Positions 1 through 13,091 of a stretch of DNA of 64,000 nt are shown one piece after another. The notes below the pieces were generated by a model. That model had not been told where the DNA came from. It ran no database searches and saw only the letters and a list, made by a program, of their open reading frames with translations. The position numbers and the translations under genes are program-made. Position 1 is the first letter of the stretch, and each line of letters starts with the position of its first letter. Source of the DNA: Octopus vulgaris (taxonomy: Eukaryota); the NCBI GenBank assembly GCA_951406725.2, contig OX597815.1, positions 40,424,001-40,488,000 on the forward strand, written 5' to 3'.

Positions 1-229
1 CAGACAATGAATCAGATGGTAAGGAGAGGGTGGTTAATTTCATGAGTGTATGAGAGAAGATTAACTGATGGTTAGAGATGGCATCAGAGGTGAATGTAGT
101 GAATGGCAAGCAAGAGTGAAGGTGGGATCGATAGTAAATTGATAGCTACAAGTATATCATCTTCCATAATATCATCAATTTCTAGACATGTCTCTGAAGT
201 TGAATTCTAGGGATCAACGAATTCATTTG

Positions 230-1060
230 GATTATGTACTATTTTGTTGGTTATGGGTTGGGAAAATGCTCTGTTTTATTGCTAACTCAAGAGTGTGCAT
301 ATTTATGATGAATCATTTGTATATAATCCATTATGTGTAGATGATTTTTGTTTAGCAAAATGGGGAAAAACTTGCGATTAGGCTTTATATTCTACACTGC
401 TCAGTGTTCCTTCAGTGAAGTTACTTTTTCATAAGATATTTTTAGGTCCAGCTCAGTACTTTTTATTTTCTTATTTTTTTCCACAATCTCATCTGTTGAG
501 AGAGCCTGGGTATTTAGGTTGCTTTGTTAGTTTGGTTCTCTTATGCATTAGCATCCATCTATATCATGGAATCAAGCCCTTGCAGGAACAGATGAGTTTA
601 TATGGAGTATGTTTTTGACAGATTTTGATTAACTCTTTGTACAGAAACTACATTTCCCTTATTAACATTGAGGTTGCCCCATATACCAGTTTGCTTTGAG
701 GATTTCAATTTCCTTTTGTCTCAACCTTCCTGAAATTCAAGTCAATGAAGGGTGAATCATGTTTGATATTATTTGTGTGTGTTGCCCTCGTTGAACCATA
801 TATAGATAACTGTACAATGTAGTGAAACAGTAATTGAAATAACCTGAACATTGTGAATGAAGTCTGTATTGGGGGTAAAGACTAAGTCAAGTATGTTATT
901 TCCCCAAGTTGGAGAAGTAATGATTTGTCACATGAGGAAGTCTTTAGTGGTATTGAGGTGAGCATTCATAGCTCTCCTGTTTATTTGTTTAGTTCCAGGA
1001 TGGATATAGCTCTCGGGCTAGTTGAGATTAGGAAAATTAAAGCCGCCCGTAAAAAGTATA
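230..1060 (-). mobile_element. degenerate LINE fragment, APE endonuclease region (CR1/Jockey-like); ends approximate
   Basis: minus-strand translation GGFNFPNLN* ... QIITSPTWGNNILDLVFT matches GDFN..W / PT...N.LDLVFT motifs, with stops. Confidence 0.6.
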
Positions 1061-1622
1061 TTGGCTAATATGCACAAAATATACAAAGAATGACAAAGAA
1101 CAATATGGAGAGATGAATTAGAAAGATTTTAAGATATTAGAGACCAGGGAGCCAAAGATGAAAATTATGGAGAGAAAAGAGAACAAATTTTACCTACCAG
1201 TGGCAAGGTGGTGGCTAATTTTATCAACATTATCAATTAATGCGATGAGGACGACGACGATGACGATAGTGGTGGTGGTGGTGGTGGTGGTGGTGGTCAT
1301 GGTGGTGGTCGTGGTCGTGGTAGTGATGGTGGTCATTGCCCAGCCACTGGTGGGTAAAGTTTATCTTTTCTCTCCATAGTTTTCAGTTTTGGCTCCCAAA
1401 ATTTCTATATAAGATATTAAATTCTTTGAAAGAGTTACCTTCTATAACATGGTAAAAATTTCTTCTTTATATTTGAAAAGAAAATCAAATTTTCAAAAAA
1501 AGTCCCAAAAATATAATCTAAGTAAATTACTCATACATTTTTCTATTTCATTAAAATTCTCATTACAGGTTTACCAAAACAAATGACTCACCCACTTATG
1601 ATGTTTTACTTTACCTAATAAA

Positions 1623-1986
1623 ATGGCTTTAGCTAAGAAGACCTGGCTTCAGAAATATGGTTTAAAGCTTGTTGGAAATGGTCCAGCATTTATTGCATCA
1701 ATAGAAAAAAATAGCATTGCTGGAGAATTTGGCCTCCAAATTGGAGATAGAATAATTGAATTTGATGGTTATGATGTTGATGGGTTGTCTGCAGATGTAA
1801 TCATGGTTCTAATGAAGAGCAAGAAAAGCTTTCCAACTTCTCTTGGAATTGTGTCTGAGTTGTGTGAATTTGTCTTACACTGTGGAAGGCTGAAAGATTG
1901 TGGTTTTTCTATTTCTAGTGACAAATTTGTCACTGTAATAGAAGTTACTCGAAATGGAATGGCATTTTTGGCTGGACTTAGAAAAG
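1623..1986 (+). CDS. GRID2IP: coding exon 1: PDZ1 and first part of PDZ2 (exon starts at 1569 after acceptor cattacAG)
   Basis: ATG 1623 has an in-frame upstream TGA (1599-1601); ends AGA AAA G|gtaag, phase 1. Confidence 0.9.
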
Positions 1987-2621
1987 GTAAGAGTTATTAT
2001 TTTATCTATTTATCAGAAAGTTTAATATGAAAACAAAAATGGTAAATAAATCTTCCATGAAAATATATCTGGACATTATGTTGTTCATGTGCAAAGGACT
2101 GAGCATCCAGCCATAGAAATATGCCCCAGCAAATTATTTCTGACCCATTCAAGCATAGAAAATGGATGTTAAAACAATAAGTCCTGAAATTTGGTTAGGT
2201 AGAGGATTAATCAATTACAATGACCCCAGTGCTTAACTGGTACTTATTTCATTGACCCGCAAAAGGGTGAAAGGCAAAAGTCAGCTTCAGCAGAATTTGA
2301 ACTTAGAACTTGATGATAGATTAAATGCCTCTATGAATTTGCAAAGATTTGGGATAGATATTTCAAGACATCTTACCTGACCCACTAGCACTTTTGTTGA
2401 TCCTAGTTTGGTACGCTTTATTTACTCTGAGAGGGTACATAATAAAGTAGATCTCAGTAGGACTTGAACTGAGAGTGCAATAAATCAGAACAAATACTGT
2501 AAGGTATTCTATCCAAAACTCTAGTGACTCTGTCAATTACCCATGATAAAATAAATAAGAAAGAACAGAGGAAAGAGACAGAGACACACTAATATATGAG
2601 CAGATAGATAGATAGATAGAC

Positions 2622-2677
<56 letters not shown>

Positions 2678-2757
2678 CGACAGACAAGCAGGCAATCAGG
2701 CAGATAGAGATAGAAAAGCGAGTAGGTACACACACACACACACACACACACACACTC

Positions 2758-2801
<44 letters not shown>

Positions 2802-5425
2802 CATCATCATCATTTAACGTCTGCTTTCCATGCTAGCATGGGTTGGACTATTTGACTGAGGTCCGGCAAACCAGGTGACTGTACCAGGCTCCAATCTGAT
2901 CTGGCAGTCTCTACAGCTGGATGCCCTTCCTAATGCCAACCACTCCGAGAATGTAGTTGGTGCTTTTACATGCCACCGGCATGAGGGCCAGTCATGCGGT
3001 ACTGGCAACAGCCATGCTCAAATGGTGGTTTTTACGTACCACCTGCACAGGAGCCAGTCCAGCAGCACTAGCAACGACCTCACTTGAATGTTCTTTTCAT
3101 GTGCCACTGGCACAGGTGCCAGTAAGGCAACTCGTGTAACGATCTCACTCAAATGGTGCTTTTTATGTGCCACCGGCACGGAAGCCAGTTTGCTGCTCTG
3201 ATCATCATCATCATCATCATCGTTTAGCGTCCGCTTTCCATGCTAGCATGGGTTGGACAGTTCAACTAGGGTCTGGGAAGCCAGAAGGCTGCACCAGGCA
3301 TATATATATATATACACATACACATATTTGGTTGTCAAGTAATGAAATTTGTAGAAAAGAAAAAAAGTTTGCTAATGTTTTATAAATACAAGGAATAGTT
3401 TTATTCATCAAAGTATGTAACCATATTGTCAATACACTTTTGCCATTTCACCGGTAGCTTGTCCAGCCCAGAACTGTAAAAGCCTGGAAATCTAGAGTCA
3501 ATAAAATCTTGGAAGGTGTTTTACAGCATCATTGGAATAAATTTTTTTAATATCAAAAAGTTATCCAAATTCTGGAAGAAGTGGTAGTCAGTGGGGGCAA
3601 GATCAGGTGAGTATGGTGGATGATGGAGAACTTCCAACTCCAGCTCCTGTAGTTTTGCCAGTGTCAATTTTGCAATGTGTGGTCTGGCATTGTCTTGCAA
3701 TAAAATAGGAGTGGATCTGTTGACTAATCTACACTGCTTTTTGTAAGTTTCTGCATCATTTGGTCCAGTTGGCTGCAGTATACTTCGACCATGATTGACA
3801 AGCCAGGTTTAATGAAATCATAATGGATCACACCTGTGCCAGACTACCAAACACACACCATCAGCTTATTTAGATGAATTTTGCTTTTTGGACTGTGTTT
3901 TGGTGGCTCATCTTTGTCTAACCATTCTGCTGAACATTTATGGTTTTTGTATTGGATCCATTTCTCATCCCATGTTACAATTTGATTCAAAAATGATATC
4001 ATTTTTGTAACAAGTAAGTAGCATAATGCAGGCTTCCAAATGTTGCTGTTTCTGATTTTCATTGAATTCATGTAAAACTCACTTATCCAACTTTTTCACT
4101 ATACCAATTTGAACTAGGTGAGTCAATATTGTTTGTTTGCAAACACCAAATAATGACGATAATTCACGGGCACTTTGAGATGGATCTTACTCAACGGTGG
4201 CTTCCCGTTCGTCATTATTCACCTTTGTTTCTGGTCGACTGTGTTGCTCATTTGTGAAGTCAAGGTTACCAGAATAAAATTTTGCAAATCAATTTGATAC
4301 TGTCTGCTGTGTAATAACATTAGAATGAAATACTCCATTATTGTTCCGAGCTGTCTGTGATGCTGTATTTACAAGAAAGAACTCATATCTCAAAACTATA
4401 CGAATTTCCAACTTATCCATCTCTCAACAAAAACAACAAAAAATGATTTATAAATACTTTATAAAGTGCAAAATAAGATAGAATAAAGAAATACATGTGT
4501 CAGCTTTCTAACAAAAAACAAAGATTCTCAAAATATAATAATGGTACAAAATGAGCATCTGTCAAAGTTTACCATATACCTTACTACAAATTTCATACTT
4601 GAAGACCTAATATATATATATATATATATATATATAGTGCCGCCTCGACTGGCTTCTGTGCCAGTGGAACATAAAAAGCACCATCCGAACGTGGCCGATA
4701 CCAGCACCGCCTTGGCTGGCTTCTGTGCCAGTGGCATGTTAAAAGCATCAACCGATCGTGGCTGATGCCAGAGCCCCCTGGCACCTGTGCAGGTGGCACA
4801 TAAAAAGCACCCACTACACTCGCAGAGTGGTTGGCATTAGGAAGGACATCCAGCTGTAGAAACACTGCCAGATCAGACTGGAGCCTGGTGCAGCCTCCTG
4901 GCTTCCCAGACCCCGGTCGAACCATCCAACTCATGCTAGCACGGAAAACGGACATTAAATGATGATGATGATGAATGTAAATAGAGGTTAAAATAACCAC
5001 CTTAAGGGACAGAAAATATCCAATGAATTACTGGTTTCTTATCTATTATTTTTATTGTGAGTAGTAATATTCCTGAAATAATAGGTTTAGGTATAAATCT
5101 TGGTTTATAAATATTCAAATTAAAATCCAGAATTTGGAGAAGTAGTGTTAATATAATTTATTAACTGCAAAAATCCAATGTGTTCACTACAGCTGTTTCA
5201 ATATTGCCCAAAAGAATTAAATTCCAGTAATCAAAACATTTTATTGGGCAAAATCTTGTCAGAGGAGTACAAAAAACATATCATTAGCTTATTACATGTT
5301 ATTCTTCCAATAAAATGTTTTAATTACTGGAATTTAATTCTTTGGGGGAAAATTGAACATGTTAAATTTTTTCAGCTATTAAATTATATGAACACTACTT
5401 CTCCAATTTCTGGATTTTAATTTGA

Positions 5426-5468
<43 letters not shown>

Positions 5469-7344
5469 GTGAAGAACGACTTTCAAACTTTAGGTCTCAC
5501 TAAGGAAATGACCACAGACCGAGACCTTTGGAAGTATGCTGTGCGTGGGAAGATCCAGCAGGACAAGTGAGACCATAACCCATGGCCTCTACCTGGAACG
5601 TAGCCAGCCCACTTATGCATACCTTTCCTTCTTGTGACACAAACCCTACTTGTGAAGACCTGTTGAGGCAAGTGAAAATCGAAATCGAAATCTTTCAACA
5701 TCAATGGAAATTGTAGCTGAGATACCAGTGCCGGTGGCACGTAAGAGAACCATCCGAACGTGGCCATTGCCAGCGCCGCCCTGACTGGCCTCCGTGCCAG
5801 TGGCATGGAAAAAGCACCATCCGATTGTGGCCGTTGCCAGCCTTGTCTGGCCCCCATGCCGGTGGCACGTAAAAAGCACCATCCGATCATGGCCGTTTGC
5901 CAGCCTCGTCTGGCACCTGTGCAGGTCGCACATAAAAAGCACCCACTACACTCTCGGAGTGGCTGGCATTAGGAAGGGCATCCAGCTGTAGAAACACTGC
6001 CAGATCAGACTGGGCCTGGTGCAGCCTTCTGGCTTTCCAGACCCCAGTTGAACCGTCCAACCCATGCTAGCATGGAAAACGGACATTAAACGATGATGAT
6101 GATGATGATGATATATATATATATATACAAACATATACATGTATAGATTTGTAGGAAAGTAATGTGTTTTGTGATGAACATAACTGATGAAGTTTAATCA
6201 AAAGAGAAGTGGACAACCAGCCAAGAGGTTAGCAGAAGGGAGAAAGTTATCTGCAGACCAAAGACCTGGCCTAAAGTCTTACAAAATAAGTGAATTCTGT
6301 TAAAGGTACCTAAGCGCAAGGTGGTAATGTTAAGCCAGGTGATAGATTAAATCTACCTTCCATCAACAGTCCCTTTGATGAGTTTCCACACAGTTTCCAT
6401 TTAATAAATTTCATGGTTTGACAAGAGCTGGTCAGGTAGAAAACTGCACCAGACTTTTGTGTCTGTTCTGGCATGGTTTTTATGGCTGGAGGCCCTTCCG
6501 AATGCCAACCACTTTACTGTGAGGATTGGATGCTTTTTACCTGGCACCAGCACTGGAAGGGTCACCAAGTAACTTGTAAGACAAAGATCCTTTGAGAAGA
6601 GAGGGGAGCATTGGAAGAGGTGAAAACAATGTGAATATATGGCGGTGCCCCAGCATGGCCACAGCTCATGAGCTGAAACTAGATGAAATGAAATGAAAAA
6701 ATAACCCTTACATTTGACACAGTAATCTGAATGCTAAAGGGTTAAGCCATAGCCATCATACTGGCAGCAAATATGACTTCATTGTATGTATGATGCTTTC
6801 ACTAATTGTTTTAGTCAAAAACATATATAGACATTTTTGGCCTTCATACCCTTTGATCCAGCAGAACATAGAGAATCTGAAAGAGAGAGGGTGGGGCAGG
6901 AGAGAAAGAGGCAGTGAGAGGGGGCTGTGCCAGCACTAGCGTGGTTCTCATTTTCAGCTGAGTAGACTGGAGTACCTTGAAATTTTCCACTGTTATCAAG
7001 GAGACAATGTGTATAATGGATATTGCTGCAAATATTTTTTCCTGTTTTTAGGTGACATTATTGTGGCTGCGAATAATAAGCCTTTGACAAAAATTAAGGG
7101 CAACACTTGGGAGCTTATTACTGAAAATGATCATGTGACTTTATCAGTGATTCCAACTGGTGAACGAGGTGAGGAACATCAACCTTTATTACAAGGCCCA
7201 CAAATAAAATCTTCAGTAAAACTATTTTCTAAGGTAAAAAATTCACATTTCAAAATTTCTAATTTGTCTCATTCTTAATTCTGTATTTATGTATTTATTA
7301 AAGAAATTAACTCAGTTTTTATTTTACAATTATACAATTATACA

Positions 7345-7375
<31 letters not shown>

Positions 7376-9606
7376 GCATGTATGTATGTGTCAATATCCA
7401 AGCCCCACCAAACCACTATACTTAATCTATCATCCTTCTGGACCCTTTCCTGCTTTCCCTGCAGTTGTTCAAAACTAGTTACCAACCGGTGAGTCAAAGG
7501 AAAGCTTTTACATGCTTTGCTCATATCTATATTAATAAATGCAAAGTTCTGTCTGTTCATCCAGGACCCCTGTATCTCAATCTAAATTTGCTCTACATAG
7601 ACATATTATACCTTTTTGGAATCAGGATCTACCTCTTATTTGGTTCTTGATCATCCAAGATTGGGATCTGAGTTAAAAGCATTTGGGTGACTATTTCTAG
7701 CAGGTAAATTTTAGCTGATTCACACCATTTTGCTTGATGTTTGTCAGATGACGTTAGAGATCAAGGGGAGATAAGTGACATTTACTTCAGTAATTTTACA
7801 TTGAGATAAGAACTTTGGGACAAATTGTCCAACAGTTGGAATTCAACTTAGGACACAAACAATAGAATGATTGTATTACAGAATTAATTCTCATCCATCA
7901 TTATTCTCTAATCAAACACCACTGTGGTATATAGTCATTATAGACGTATCATAGTCATGCTTTTTAGCTGTCTTTAGTTTTGAGCCCCAGGCCCAGCTAG
8001 CCCTCCACAGGAGCTAACTTTAAAAGTTCACAGGGAGAGTGGTTTTTAAGCAAGTACTTAATATAATAACTGTCATGAAGCTTGAACTCATGACTATGTG
8101 TTCCATAGTATAGCACCTTAATCTCACATACACTGTACCTGATGAAACCATTCCAGGGAAAATTGGATGTGAAAATTTAAAGTAAATGAAGTTAAGTTGA
8201 TTTCTTTTGCCCATTTGTCTATTATTATTATTTGTTCTTATTCTTGGTAGAATTTATGTGGGCAGCAGGTCACTACCTGTAAACTTAGCTATCCACAAGC
8301 CTTCAATAATTTTTCAACTGCTCATAACCCTTTTGATAATCTTTCCTGCCCCTAAAGGCAAACTTTCTATAGAAGCTCTACATGACATTCCATTCTAATA
8401 TCCTTCAACCAATTGCCTATATCATTACTCCCAGTTACTAATGCACTGATTATTACAGGCACAATATAAACAGTTATCATATTCCAAATTCTCACAATTT
8501 CAGATTTTAAGGGATTGTATTTAAAAAATTTTTCATCTTCCTTCTTTACAATCCTGGAATTAAACACATGATGGATCAATTAGTAAGCAACTTCACTTTA
8601 CCTTGCCTATTATTGTTATTATTTTCTAGCTTCTTATCCATTTGAATAGGAATATTCCATAAAATCTTGCATATCTTGAACTCAAGCACTCTTTAAACCC
8701 AGTGATCAAACCAGGTACTTCTAGCTTAAAATCCCCATTTCTGACAAAGCTTTCCATACAAAACTTTCACAACCTGGTCATGCCTCCATTTCTTATATTC
8801 TCCCTGAGTCAACTTGGGACATTCTGCAACAATGTGTGCCATTGTTAGATCCCAATTTTCACACGTTCTACTTTTTGTTGACACCTTCTCTCCATAACCA
8901 TATTTTCTCAGGTTGTTTGTTTTTGATCTTGATCTTGAGCCACCATAAGCCTCTTTGTTTCTTTTTTTCAATTCCCCTTTTTTCATAAAAAGGTTTCACT
9001 TCAATTGGTTTAGAATACTTGCTTTGAATTTCATTCTTGTCATTTTCTTTTGTTCCACACTTCATCACCTGTTCTTTATTCTCTACCTTTAGTAATCCCT
9101 CTGTACTGTTCTGTAAATGTTCTAGTAGGCTTTTTCCTTCCATCTGAACATACTCTTCCACAGCCACAGCAATTAAGCTGTTTCTACCCTGGTCTCACTT
9201 CAAGTTAGTATCAGCTTTTGGATGATGAGCTTTCTAGTTTTTATGTCAACAGCTTTCTAGTTTTTATGTCAAATTTCTGTATGTCACTTTTGGTCCAATC
9301 TATAATTCCAACTCCATTTCTGATGACTAATACTGCTCTTACATTTATTGCATCAATAACATTTTTTTTTCTTTAATTCAACTTTGACTGTAATATTTTT
9401 TCACACTCTTTGTAGACTTCCTACAGTTAATTTGCTTCATCTCTGCAATGTTTTATTTCATCTGCCTCCAGTATTCCCAAATACTTATACCACTGTCCTT
9501 TCTCAACTGCTTTCATTGTTTGTTCATTTGGCATTTCAGTTCCTTGGCTTCCTTCAACTCTTCTTTGTTTCATTATCAATATGGCGCACTTATCATTATT
9601 ATTATC

Positions 9607-9669
<63 letters not shown>

Positions 9670-11894
9670 TCAGTTGAGCAAATGTTTTGAAGATGACATG
9701 AAAAAAAAGCTGGAGTTAGCAAGCATTCTAAAGGATTACTCTGGAGATGGGGATATTTTTAAGTTGTGCATCACATTGGACAGTAAGCTGAAGAAACCTC
9801 ATGAACGGAAGTTCTTGAAATACCTTTGGTAATTTCTTTATTCTTTCATTTGTTCATTCTTCCCCACCTTTTGTTTTCACTGATTACAATCATTGGACTG
9901 TCTTCAATTTAATTTTTTTTTTTAACTGGAGACCAGCATTCACAAAAAGAAAGAGTACTTGAAAGTTTGTATCCCTAGAAAAAATTCCTTTTAAACATCC
10001 AGTTTGAGACACTTTTATGTCAACCTCAACTAATCATCATTGTTTTGTGCTTGTTTTTCCTTCCTGATTGGCTGGATGGGTCTTCATGGTGCCAGTCAGA
10101 TCTTATTTGGAATTACTGCCATATTAAATAGCCCAGAGATCATGTCTTACTTGTATGTTCCATTCTTGGCATAGTTCTATGGCTGGAAGACCTTTTATTG
10201 CCAACCACTTTATAACCTGCACTAAGTGTACTTTATCAGGATGATGGGACCAAGAGCACTAGAGATTTTACCTTGTCCCTAGCAAAACTAAAGAGTCTTT
10301 TCTACCACCTACATTATCGCCACTCATTCAAGGTCACACAGATGGCAGAAGTGAGGTTAATAGACAAAATAGGAGCAAGATGGTTACAGAAGGAATAGTA
10401 ATGGAAAAGAGAGAGAGAAGATACATAATTGTTGTTGGTAATGATATTGAAAAGAAAACGGCCTGAGCAGTGTGATGAGAGGAAAAGAAAGTGCTATAAA
10501 GGAGATTGGGTGAAGGGAGAGAACATTTCTGAATATTTACTTAATGATTTACAAGCCAGGTTTGACAAAATGTTATTTTCACTGGTAGTAGTGGTGAACT
10601 TTCCTGTTGTAAACGACAGATCAGGGTTCCACAACATTTTACTGAACAGCAAACAAAGATTTGTTTACAAAGATAAAATGTTTGTGCTGTGCATTGGCTC
10701 ACTCCTGCCATCAAACTGACGTTACCTGTACAGGTACACAGTATGTCACAAGTCAGGCAGTGAAGTGATAAAAGAACAATTTGAAATGAGGTGGTTTGCT
10801 CAGGAACACAATACACTACCTAGTCTAGGAATCGAAACCACAATCTTGTGATTATGAGCTTAACACCCTAACCACTAGGCCACATGCCTTCATTAGTAAT
10901 CCCCTAATAGGGGCAAACATTCAGAATTATCTCCCATATTTATTGATGAAAGAAATATTAATCCCCAACTAATATTGGTTTCAAATTTTGGCACATTTTC
11001 AAGAAAGGGGTTTAGTTGATCACATCAACCCAGCTGGTATTTATTTTATTGACCCCAAAAGTATGAAAGGCAAAGTCAACCTCTGGAATTTGAACTCAAA
11101 ATGCAAAAAATTGAACAAAATGCCACATAGCATTTTGTTCGGAATGCTGACAATTCTGCCAGCTTCCCACCTTAGCCCATACTAATATTATTTTAGATTT
11201 TTCACATTGATATTTAATCCCATTTTAGCTTATTTATTTTCTAAGAATTTAAGATATTTCCAATATTAGTCTATTATAAATATGAGACAAATCCATAGGT
11301 CAATAGAGAAATAGCATAAGAACATTGTACAAAATTCATCATTTCTTTTGTTATATTATTTTTTTTAAATAAAAGGTTGGAAGATCACTTTATTTATTCA
11401 TCAATTTTCTTTCAGGCCATTCATTCCAACTGAACAGCATGAAATATTTGAACCATTAATGAAAAAAAAATATCTTTACTGTAACTGCTCCCACCAAATG
11501 TACTCCCCAAGTAAAAAACACATCATCTTGTAAGTACTGCAAGATAAAAGAATCTATTTCTTTTAGTAAACCTTTTTTTTACACATCTGCCACATATCCA
11601 CTGACATTCCAGGCTTTGGTCTTTTTATTTCATCTTATTATATATCTTTCAGAGGTGCAAACATGATTGCTTGATTGCTGGGAAGTTTGTTTCCGAACTA
11701 CACGGTTTTGGGCTCAGGCCTTTTGCACTCTACAAAAATCCCAAGATACAAGTATTGTAGATGTTGCTTTCTGTTAACAAATCATCAGCTGGCTTCATGC
11801 TTTAAAAAGACATGTGAAATAAGAGATCCCTTACATGCCAAAGTAGTTAAGGATTAGTAACGGAAATGATACCTAGCTGTAAAACAATGCCACA

Positions 11895-11928
<34 letters not shown>

Positions 11929-12159
11929 ATATATATACACACATGTTATGTACATCTATAATATACTTATTAATCTGAGCGGAGGCAATGCGAGCAGTAC
12001 CTAAAGGTACTTTTAAGTACTGTTCGCATTGCCTCCACTCAGATTAATAAGTGGAATATAGCTCATTTGGAGCACTACAACTCCAGTTTGTTTTATATTT
12101 TGAGTATTGTTATTACTAGCAATCTCAAGATGTAATTTTGTATTTTGTATTTCATATAT

Positions 12160-12193
<34 letters not shown>

Positions 12194-13008
12194 TGTATGT
12201 ATGTATGTATATGTATGTGTGTGTGTGTGTGTATACATACACACACACACACATACACATACAGGGTGTGGTGAATGAACTGTCATCTAAATTATATCTA
12301 AATTATCTCATTTTAACAGGTATATTTATCAAAATTATATAAAAAATATCTTGAAATACTAAAGGGTAAATTTATTCAATAAAATCACCATTAGTTTTAT
12401 CCACAGCCTCCAGACAACTTCATAATCTCCTGCAACTCTTCTGGACAGTCTCCTTGTTTAAGTTTGTGAATGCTGCCATAATCCTTGCCTTCAGTTCATC
12501 TTTGGTGTTACTAAGAGTTTTGTTGGTCTCTCGCTCAACTGCACCCCACACATAATAATCAAGGAGATTGCAGTCTGGGGAGTTAGGTGGCCAGATGTTA
12601 GGGGTGATGTAGTTGCAGAAATTGTCTGACAGTGATGATTGGGTTCACCTGCTTGTGTGGCATGGTGCAGTCTTGTTGCCAGACATAGGGTCTTCCAGCA
12701 GCCACCCTCTTGACCCAAAGCAGCACTTCTTCTTCCAGGCACTTGATGTAGGCCTCCGTGTTGAGTGTGAGGCCATGTGGGAAAATGAATGACAGTATAA
12801 CGTCACCATCACTAGTGATCACTCTAATCACTATGTCATTCCCATATTTCTGGCAAAGTGAATTGCATCATGATGCTGTTTTTCTCACAGATGGTGCCCA
12901 ACTGACCCTACTATACTGTGTAGTCGACAAAATTAAAAACAAACGATGCACATGTGCAAAATTTTAAATATTAAATGGTGACAATTTACCCATCACACCC
13001 TGTATATA

Positions 13009-13091
<83 letters not shown>

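Noticed and set aside
1158-1379. ORF with poly-Val, and similar poly-[15 protein letters not shown] and PTYL ORFs throughout the track
   Set aside because: Translations of (GTG)n, (TTA)n, (CA)n, (TA)n and (CCTA)n microsatellites
5727-5945. Hairpin-containing direct repeats (GTGCC.GTGGCAC.TAAAAAGCACC) with ~35-nt intervals, superficially like a CRISPR array; also at 48100-48460
   Set aside because: The intervals are homologous to each other (a tandem minisatellite), the repeats are degenerate, there are no cas genes, and the context is a eukaryotic LINE 3'UTR
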